Positions 57,781 to 64,000 of a stretch of DNA of 64,000 nt are shown piece by piece (positions within the stretch are counted from its first letter, which is position 1; every line of letters starts with the position of its first letter). Source of the stretch: an uncultured Ignavibacteria bacterium (GTDB taxonomy: Bacteria; Zixibacteria; MSB-5A5; CAIYYT01); contig CAZIBI010000011.1 in assembly GCA_964537215.1 (NCBI GenBank), positions 4,517 to 68,516 on the forward strand. Direction: 5' to 3'. The position numbers and the translations under genes were made by a program. Under the pieces are notes generated by a model. That model did no database searches, had not been told where the DNA came from, and worked only from the letters and a program-made list of their open reading frames with translations.

Positions 57781-58146
57781 TTAGGCGGCTACCTTCGCCT
57801 TCCAGACCAAGGTGCTGGTCACAGCTTCCGGATGCAGCGCCGGGTCAAGGAACTGGATCGATCCGGTACAGATGATCTCCTTGACCTCGTCACCGAAACG
57901 TGCGTCGACGATCACCGTCACCGTAGCGACATCGAGGTCGGTAATCGCCGCGAAGTCGGGAACGGTAACATCGAGAACGCGACCGGTTTCAAATCCGCCC
58001 GGTACAGCGGCGACGACACCGTGGTGGTCGCAAACGACCGACAGGATTTTCTCGACCGGGACCTCCTGGGTCATCGCCTCGTCGGCGTAGAATTTCATCT
58101 CGCCTTCGAGTCCGTTGGGGTTCTCCCCGAGCTTCCATGTAAACAT
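57781..58146 (-). CDS. Hypothetical protein (121 aa)
   Basis: ORF only. Confidence 0.3.
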   Translation of the reverse strand: MFTWKLGENPNGLEGEMKFYADEAMTQEVPVEKILSVVCDHHGVVAAVPGGFETGRVLDVTVPDFAAITDLDVATVTVIVDARFGDEVKEIICTGSIQFLDPALHPEAVTSTLVWKAKVAA

Positions 58147-58242
58147 TGTCTCTCTCCTATGAGATTGGTTGTATGTTGTCCCGCCCGTGTTGCCCCGGCC
58201 GGGTGTTATCTGCTAAGGCAAGCCGCGCCGGCTTGAAGTGAA

Positions 58243-58371
58243 CTACTGCGGTAGATCAGGCGGTTTCGCCGAACGCGGCTGTGCTGGTTTCTTCTTCTTA
58301 TTTGGCCAGTCGATCTCAATCTTCAGCCCGCAAAGAGCGAGCACGATTATGAGCCATCCCCACCAAGGCAT
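58243..58371 (-). CDS. Unlisted small membrane peptide (42 aa, MPWWGWLIIVLALCGLKIEIDWPNKKKKPAQPRSAKPPDLPQ)
   Basis: Found by hand translation. An RBS GGAAGGA lies 7 nt upstream of the ATG. A hydrophobic helix is followed by a basic tail. The ORF fills an otherwise empty 230-bp gap. Confidence 0.3.
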   Translation of the reverse strand: MPWWGWLIIVLALCGLKIEIDWPNKKKKPAQPRSAKPPDLPQ

Positions 58372-58375
58372 AGAA

Positions 58376-59017
58376 TTATCCTTCCTTCTCGACCGCGACA
58401 CGCGGCACTGGCGACATCACCGGGATCTCAATGCGCGCGCCGTTGCCGGTCCAGACGAGGCGCTGTTCCGAGTAAAGTCTCACAAGGCCGGGGTTGCCTT
58501 CCGTGGCAATCCAGAGAGTGATCTCTTCACCTGGATTCGCTCCATCAACACCCGGCCGCCAAGGGTCGCTATTGCCGTAGACCGGCATGAAGCGCACCTT
58601 GCCGCCAACTTCGAGCTGCCCGTATCCGCATGTGATTCCCGCCGGCGTCCGGGCGATCAGCTTTGTTCCGTCCGGCGTCGGGATCAGATTTCCGTTTTCT
58701 TCTTTGATTTGGAATTTCGAGCACCAGAGGCTGACCCACGTCTGCGTGATCACAACGCCGTAGTGCAGTAGCTCCGCGATGTAAGCCTGCATGCCCGGCA
58801 GGCTCATCCAATAGGTGACCAGCGGCCGCGGATCGTCGAAGGTCTTCACGAATGAAGTCCACGGCATTCCGTTCGCGCAGTAGGTCTCAACGATCGTGTT
58901 GCCGACCTCGAGTACTGATACGCCCTCGAGGTGAATGTCAACCGCGACGCGGCCCGAAGGCATCACCGGGTTGAAGTCGAAATTTTGTCCCATCATTCCG
59001 TACATCTTTGTCCTCAC
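58376..59017 (-). CDS. Hypothetical protein (213 aa)
   Basis: ORF only. Confidence 0.3.
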   Translation of the reverse strand: MRTKMYGMMGQNFDFNPVMPSGRVAVDIHLEGVSVLEVGNTIVETYCANGMPWTSFVKTFDDPRPLVTYWMSLPGMQAYIAELLHYGVVITQTWVSLWCSKFQIKEENGNLIPTPDGTKLIARTPAGITCGYGQLEVGGKVRFMPVYGNSDPWRPGVDGANPGEEITLWIATEGNPGLVRLYSEQRLVWTGNGARIEIPVMSPVPRVAVEKEG

Positions 59018-59490
59018 AGTCTCCGATATTTGGATATTTCGATTGTTGTCTTGATGAATGCTTTGACGTCGGAATCTTCCACCGACTCGTAAGGGTAGCG
59101 CAGCGGATTGGACACCTGGCGCTTGCCCTCAAAGACTCGCTGCCAGTGTTCGACGTCGCCGCCTAAGTCGAGCTTGGCGGTGATCGCGGCGCGCGCGTGA
59201 CTGGCAGTCGCGAAGTAGATGCAGTATTCGCGCAGGAGAGCGAAGACTGCTTTGAATGCCGACTCCAGTGTGCCGCGGCTGCCGAATCCGAACCGCTTCA
59301 TGATCTCGCTGTCGCACAATCCCAATTCGATCTTCGCTGCCACCAGCTCGCGCTCCGCCGGCGTCAGATGATCCACGGCTTTCCGCATGAGCTCGACCAG
59401 CTCACTGGCCTCCATGTCGCGGCCAAGAATATCCTTGAGTCTATGCGCGATCGAGCGAATTGACTTTTCGGTCAAGTAACCGTACGTCAT
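59014..59490 (-). CDS. Sigma-70 region 4-like HTH protein (possible phage late regulator)
   Basis: The sequence ...LTPAERELVAAKIELGLCDSEIMKRFG... is region 4-like. The true start may be the internal Met at about 59415, which removes the overlap with the upstream gene. Confidence 0.4.
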   Translation of the reverse strand: MTYGYLTEKSIRSIAHRLKDILGRDMEASELVELMRKAVDHLTPAERELVAAKIELGLCDSEIMKRFGFGSRGTLESAFKAVFALLREYCIYFATASHARAAITAKLDLGGDVEHWQRVFEGKRQVSNPLRYPYESVEDSDVKAFIKTTIEISKYRRL

Positions 59491-59989
59491 CTATCCTCAC
59501 TGTGCATCTCGTGGGCCGGCCCACGAAGGTTATCTCCAACACCACTGATCCGCGCGGTCCCGCGTTCAGCACCTTCCCGTAGGTTCCACCGAAAGCGCCG
59601 CCGACGATCTCGACGGTCCGGCCGCGGTTGATGTCGCCAAAGTCGGCCGACTTCACATGCTTGCGGATTTCCACCGAAGCCCGTTCTGTGGATGCTTTGA
59701 TCTTGTCGATTTGCGCGTCGGTAAGAATCGCGATGCGGCCGCCGAAGATCACCCAGCGCAGCGGCAGCATTGCCGGCAGCGCTTCCGGATCCACGCCGCC
59801 GGTGTCGCGGACAAAGAGGTAATTGAAGTAGAGCGGCTGGGGTCTTTGCACTATCCCCGCGTCGGAGTAGATCGGCACCAGCACGGTCGGCTGGTAGATC
59901 TCCATGCTTAACTTCTTGAGTCGAAGACTCCGGTAGAGCCTTTCGATTTCGCCTAAGTGAACAGCAGTCATCCATGACATTATCCTCAC
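59441..59989 (-). CDS. NusG/RfaH-family (NGN + KOW) transcription antitermination-like protein (182 aa)
   Basis: The N-terminal NGN-like segment is WMTAVHLGEIERLYRSL...YLFVR. The C-terminal KOW motif is GRTVEIVGGAFGGTYGKVLNAGPRGSVVLEITFVGRPTRCTV. Confidence 0.5.
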   Translation of the reverse strand: MRIMSWMTAVHLGEIERLYRSLRLKKLSMEIYQPTVLVPIYSDAGIVQRPQPLYFNYLFVRDTGGVDPEALPAMLPLRWVIFGGRIAILTDAQIDKIKASTERASVEIRKHVKSADFGDINRGRTVEIVGGAFGGTYGKVLNAGPRGSVVLEITFVGRPTRCTVRIDDVRLLDRKVNSLDRA

Positions 59990-59996
59990 CTATCCC

Positions 59997-60599
59997 TTAG
60001 AATTCTTCCTCGACGAAATTCCCCGGCCTGGGGCGTCTTGTCGTTTTTGTATCCCCGAAATTCAATTTGCTTTGTTCGACGTGCGGCTGGAATTCGCCCA
60101 CGACCTCGAGCGCGACAACGATCCATTCATCGAAGCCCGGCTCGGTCACAAACCATTCCTTGCCCGGAAATGGATAGGCGTTGACGACGTTGTCGTTGAT
60201 GTAGAGGAATCGAGTGTCGACAAACGGATTCTTCTTTGTCTTTCGATCGCGCTGCAGCGAATCCTTGACGCCCTTCTTGAGATTGTCTTCATCGAGCAGC
60301 GCCCGCGTTCTCGTCTGTGACTTGAGCGGACGGCCGTTCTTGTCTGCGAATTTCTTCCGCATCGTCTTTTGGTGGCTGGCGACGTGGTACTCGAGGTACA
60401 TCACGATCGGAGTCTTGACATCCGGAACGATCCATCCGGATTTCTTCTTGGCCCTTTCCAGCTCGCGCCGCGCCCGCTCCCGGAATGCTTTGTAATCGCC
60501 CTCCAGGAAGACCATCTTCCTGCCGTTCTTCCACGCCTCGATACGGCGATGGTCGAATCCGAGCGGACCGGGAATGATGAATTCGATGCGCTGGCTCAT
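59997..60599 (-). CDS. RusA-like Holliday junction resolvase (200 aa)
   Basis: The motif ...LLDEDNLKKGVKDSL... matches the RusA D-x-DN-x-x-K-x-x-x-D signature. The gene overlaps dnaB by 4 nt. Confidence 0.5.
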   Translation of the reverse strand: MSQRIEFIIPGPLGFDHRRIEAWKNGRKMVFLEGDYKAFRERARRELERAKKKSGWIVPDVKTPIVMYLEYHVASHQKTMRKKFADKNGRPLKSQTRTRALLDEDNLKKGVKDSLQRDRKTKKNPFVDTRFLYINDNVVNAYPFPGKEWFVTEPGFDEWIVVALEVVGEFQPHVEQSKLNFGDTKTTRRPRPGNFVEEEF

Positions 60600-61993
60600 A
60601 GCGGCAGTCCCTGCTGGCTACCGGCCAGCGATTCAAACGAGACCAAATCGCCGCACCAGAAGAGCGAGGCCTTCCCAAGTGGATTTTGTCTCGACTTCTT
60701 CAGGAGAATTCGCGCGTGATTCTTGGGGAACTCATTCAGGCGATCGGGATAATCCATATAGGGATGCCAGACGAAGAGCACGTTGTCGGCGTCCTGTTCG
60801 ATCGATCCAGATTCTCTCAAGTCCGTAAGCTGCGGCTCTTTGTTCTGACGCTGCTCGACCAAGCGATTCATCTGGCAGAGGCCGATAACCGCGACCGATA
60901 ATTCCCGAGCCATGCGCTTCAGAAAGCGCGTGATGAAGCTGACTTCGGCGACGCGCTCATTGGCCTTGAATCCGCCGACTTCGATGAGCTGGACGTAATC
61001 TATGATGATCACCTTCGAGTTGCGCTCGCGGATGGAGCGCCGCGCGAGCCGCCGCAATGTGTATGGGCCGGGATCGTCAATGAGGTAGTGGTATTTGACG
61101 AGCGATTCCTGCCCGACAGCGCGCTGAATCGCCGCATACTCTTCCGCGGAGAGCCCGCGGCCGTTCTTGATCTTGGCATGAGGAATCCGGGTCCGCCAGG
61201 AAACCCGGCGCGACTCGATTTGGACCTCGTCCATTTCGTACGAAAAGAAATCAGATGCGATCCCGATGTCGCTCAAGTGCTCGGCCATTTGCTGCGCCAG
61301 CGCCGACTTCCCTTGCCCCGGCCTGCCGGCCAAAACTGTGAATGTACCGTCGTCGAACTCATCGAAGAGATCGTCGACTTCAGGAAACCCAGTCCGCACC
61401 AGCGACCGCACTTCTTCCGGATGCTCGTTTGCGTAGATTCGTGCGTCGAGCTTCTTGAGAAACGCAAGTCCGGAATCCACCGGCGATATTTCTTTGTCGA
61501 CCTTGGCTTCAACCGCCAGCTTGAACAGCTTGTGGTCAGCGAACTCGAGTACATCTGATGGACTCTCGTGTTCATTTGCCCGCTTGAATACTTCAGCGGA
61601 GAAGTGCATCAGCTTGCGGAGGATCGCTTTCTCCTTGACGATCTGCGCATAGCGCTCGCAGTTGGCGGCAGAGTAAACATCTTCCTGCAATTCCACCAGA
61701 TAGGCGCGGCCGCCGATCGCTTCAAGTTGCCCCGCGCTCACCAGCTGATCAGTCACCGTCACAATGTCCGCCGGCTGCGCCTTGTCGTTGATCTCCAGGA
61801 TCGCCTTAAATATCTCGATGTGGCGCCGCTCGTAGAAATCATCCGGAGCGACTATCGAGCGAGCAGCGTCGATGTAAATGTTGTCGATCATCAGTGCGCC
61901 GAGCAGCGACATCTCCGCCTGCCGGTCCTGTGGTGGAATCTTGTCTAAGGTCGCTTGGTCGATTTCACCAGCCGGCGCGTTTGTATGACTCAC
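60596..61993 (-). CDS. dnaB: Replicative DNA helicase, DnaB family (465 aa)
   Basis: The N-terminal DnaB domain reads SLLGALMIDNIYIDAARSIVAPDDFYERRHIEIFKAIL. Walker A is LAGRPGQGKSALAQQMAEH. RecA-like C-terminal motifs follow. Confidence 0.85.
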   Translation of the reverse strand: MSHTNAPAGEIDQATLDKIPPQDRQAEMSLLGALMIDNIYIDAARSIVAPDDFYERRHIEIFKAILEINDKAQPADIVTVTDQLVSAGQLEAIGGRAYLVELQEDVYSAANCERYAQIVKEKAILRKLMHFSAEVFKRANEHESPSDVLEFADHKLFKLAVEAKVDKEISPVDSGLAFLKKLDARIYANEHPEEVRSLVRTGFPEVDDLFDEFDDGTFTVLAGRPGQGKSALAQQMAEHLSDIGIASDFFSYEMDEVQIESRRVSWRTRIPHAKIKNGRGLSAEEYAAIQRAVGQESLVKYHYLIDDPGPYTLRRLARRSIRERNSKVIIIDYVQLIEVGGFKANERVAEVSFITRFLKRMARELSVAVIGLCQMNRLVEQRQNKEPQLTDLRESGSIEQDADNVLFVWHPYMDYPDRLNEFPKNHARILLKKSRQNPLGKASLFWCGDLVSFESLAGSQQGLPL

Positions 61994-62981
61994 TTGCGTA
62001 CTCCATTACTTTTGCCGGGTCCTTGAGTTGAGTTTTGAAATAGGCGATCACGGAGCCAAGCGTTTTCGGCCTTCCGTTCGTCGACGAAACGTGTTCATCC
62101 AGGACTTGCTTTAGAAATGCGATTAGAGCTTCCGGTGGCGGCCAGGTATCAACGCGATTGATGTCCTTGAAGTAGACCTCAACGATCAGTCCATTGGCGA
62201 TGTTACCGGCAATGCCGCCGATGTGCTTCATGTCCGCGCACGGCAGCAACTCTCCGAAGTATTCCTTGACCGCCGCGACATAATCACCGCGAGTTAATTT
62301 TTCAGCTTGAGATTCAATAGGCGCCGTAGGCGCACTTGGTTGTGGCTCCGGATATGGTTCCGGTTCTGGATCAGGTTCTGGTTCTGGTATTGCCGAACCG
62401 TTTGCCGAACCCTCCGGGAACGGTATGGGTAACGGTATGGCAGACAGTTCGGCGAACCGTTTCTGTAACCGTTCGTGTAACGGTTTGCCTAACCGTTCGG
62501 AGATGGTTTCGGAAGTCGCCTTGAGAAACGGGCAAAGCGAGTCATAGAAGTCTTTGAAGATTGGAGTCGCCGGTAGATCAAGAGCTCGCTTAAGCATGCC
62601 GATTGCGACGTTGACATTGTCCGGAGCGTCGTACTCGTGCCACTTGGTGCAAAAGACGATCTTCTTTTCGAAGTCGTACTTGATCCAACCCTCATCAGCG
62701 AGCGCGATTAATTCGGCCCTGACGGCCTCTATGGCCGCCTTGAAGGCGATTGGATCGGTCTGCTCGATATCTATGCCGTCAACCTCATCAACAATCGTTA
62801 GAATCGGCAGACGGTAGAGTCCGGGGTTGCCGGTGGCGTGCTCGTTAGACCATAGATATGCGAGCAAACACTTTGTATCACGAGGCTTGACCTTGAACCT
62901 TTTCGAGTTCCAAGTCTTCCGTACGATCTTGCCGTATGGAGTGCGGCCACCTTTGCTTAGTTCACTCATCAAGAGTCCCAC
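61965..62981 (-). CDS. Replication initiator / replisome organiser protein with an internal Pro-Glu linker (338 aa)
   Basis: It lies immediately upstream of dnaB. It contains an internal linker EPEPDPEPEPYPEPQP. An iteron-like repeat array lies inside the gene, as in lambda O-type initiators. Confidence 0.5.
   Translation of the reverse strand: MGLLMSELSKGGRTPYGKIVRKTWNSKRFKVKPRDTKCLLAYLWSNEHATGNPGLYRLPILTIVDEVDGIDIEQTDPIAFKAAIEAVRAELIALADEGWIKYDFEKKIVFCTKWHEYDAPDNVNVAIGMLKRALDLPATPIFKDFYDSLCPFLKATSETISERLGKPLHERLQKRFAELSAIPLPIPFPEGSANGSAIPEPEPDPEPEPYPEPQPSAPTAPIESQAEKLTRGDYVAAVKEYFGELLPCADMKHIGGIAGNIANGLIVEVYFKDINRVDTWPPPEALIAFLKQVLDEHVSSTNGRPKTLGSVIAYFKTQLKDPAKVMEYASESYKRAGW
62411..62520. 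repeat. Iteron-like array: six copies of AACGGTT / AACCGTT (direct and inverted) at ~12-bp spacing inside the initiator gene; candidate origin of replication
   Basis: The copies lie at about 62419, 62431, 62454, 62467, 62479 and 62491. The array is preceded by GGTTC(T/C)GG tandem repeats at 62336-62400. Confidence 0.5.
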
Positions 62982-62996
62982 GATGTGTATTCATCT

Positions 62997-63398
62997 TCAT
63001 ATAGCCATTCCCATTCCTGCGTTGATGATTGGCAGCTCCGATTGGATCGCTACCACTTCGGCTTTACTGGGGAGTTGTGCGCAGCGCTGTTCGACTGCGA
63101 CGCGGACGATGTGAATCTTGACCTCGCGCTGGTAGAGATGATCGCGCGTCGATTGGAGATCCTCGCGCCACCAAGCCCACGAGAACCCCTTGCCGCCGGA
63201 AGCGATCTCTTTCATCTGTAGCCGGAGCCAACTTATAAGCTGGCGCGTATCGGCCTCGCGCTCGTGCAGAGCATCGGCCAACACCCCGGCATAGATCGGC
63301 TTGTCGGAGGTGCGCAGGATGTCAATTAGCAACTGCGCCTTTCCTTTCAGCCGATCCGAGAGATCGCTGTTGACGTTTTCGTATCCGGTGAGATTCAC
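62997..63398 (-). CDS. Hypothetical early protein (133 aa)
   Basis: ORF only. Confidence 0.3.
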   Translation of the reverse strand: MNLTGYENVNSDLSDRLKGKAQLLIDILRTSDKPIYAGVLADALHEREADTRQLISWLRLQMKEIASGGKGFSWAWWREDLQSTRDHLYQREVKIHIVRVAVEQRCAQLPSKAEVVAIQSELPIINAGMGMAI

Positions 63399-63421
63399 TA
63401 CCCGTCCGCCCTATGCCCTTA

Positions 63422-63955
63422 CTACTTTCCCTTTCCAGATTTGCCGGTCTTGCCCTGCTTGGCGGACTTCTTCTCGTCTCCGCCGTCGGCAAAGTCTTCG
63501 TCGACCGACTCCTCTTCTCCATCACCATCGCTTTCGTCGAGCGGCAACGGCAATTGCGCCGGCGTAAGTGTGACCTCAATCAAACTCGCGAGCAGCACGT
63601 CCCAAAGCAGGTCAATGTCCGTCAGCTCGCGCCTGGAACACGAGACCGGGAGGACGACAAACCGGGTTGTCACATCGCCGGAGTCGCTCTTGCGGCTGTC
63701 GCAGGTGAACTCATAGTCATTCTTGGTATTGAAGCTGACTTGCAGATCCTGCGCGGGATCCTTGATGATCAGCTTAAAGGGATTGCCGTCGCAGAACCCT
63801 TCGAGGGTTTCGAGTGTGTGGAATTGTGACTGTTCGATCTGCAACTTGAATGTGCATCCTGGCACCTTCTTGCCGTAAACGTCCAGCACTTGGGCGCGAC
63901 AGCGGAGGTCGCCGTCGGGGATAGCTTCGAATTTGATTGGCTTGCGAGTCGCCAT
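63422..63955 (-). CDS. Hypothetical early protein with an acidic and Lys/Gly-rich C-terminus (177 aa)
   Basis: ORF only. Confidence 0.3.
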   Translation of the reverse strand: MATRKPIKFEAIPDGDLRCRAQVLDVYGKKVPGCTFKLQIEQSQFHTLETLEGFCDGNPFKLIIKDPAQDLQVSFNTKNDYEFTCDSRKSDSGDVTTRFVVLPVSCSRRELTDIDLLWDVLLASLIEVTLTPAQLPLPLDESDGDGEEESVDEDFADGGDEKKSAKQGKTGKSGKGK

Positions 63956-64000
63956 TAAATCACTCCATGTGTGATAAGTTCCATCTGCCTGTTAATAGCC

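Noticed and set aside
1-64000. A CRISPR array, an rRNA gene or an integrase
   Set aside because: No regularly spaced direct repeats with unique spacers, no rRNA-like sequence, and no tyrosine or serine recombinase motifs were found in any translated ORF. The integrase is expected at the other prophage end, outside the window.

Overview
The window is a GC-rich bacterial chromosome segment whose right-hand ~58.7 kb (about 5.3 kb to the window end) is one end of a Mu/P2-like myovirus prophage. Almost all prophage genes are on the minus strand, in long operons joined by 1- to 4-nt (ATGA-type) start/stop overlaps. Positions 1-4870 are host DNA: a partial ECF sigma factor, a ZAS-type anti-sigma factor with two HxxxCxxC zinc fingers, and a convergent signal-peptide-bearing TPR-CHAT protease. 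The junction at about 5185-5306 carries the 3'-terminal part of a tRNA gene (T arm and acceptor 3' strand, no matching 5' half) with a hairpin just downstream, read here as a prophage att remnant. Read in minus-strand transcription order, from the high-coordinate end, the prophage encodes replication and early functions: DnaB helicase, an initiator gene with internal iteron-like repeats, a RusA-like resolvase, a NusG-like antiterminator, a sigma region 4-like protein, many Cys-rich small proteins, an ASCH-domain protein and a long ParB-like protein. These are followed by a HerA/FtsK-superfamily ATPase operon and then the packaging and head genes TerS, TerL, portal and Mu F-like head morphogenesis protein. 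A three-gene insert (ParB/Srx-like, ABC ATPase fused to a GNAT-like domain, formyltransferase-like) then precedes the protease-scaffold fusion and major capsid protein. Next come head-tail joining genes, the contractile-tail genes (sheath, tube, chaperones, tape measure, gpU/X/D/V/W/J/I-like baseplate) and two large Sec-signal-bearing beta-helix/fibre proteins inserted between gpJ and gpI. The module continues with a 1985-aa fibre protein carrying about 40 tandem 18-aa repeats, a GH108 endolysin and a holin-like membrane protein, and ends with an AT-rich plus-strand membrane-protein cargo gene beside the att remnant. No integrase, rRNA or CRISPR array lies in the window. The ParB/ABC-GNAT/formyltransferase cassette and the HerA-like operon are the best candidates for undescribed systems. 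All protein calls rest on motif recognition by eye in the supplied translations, with no database search.
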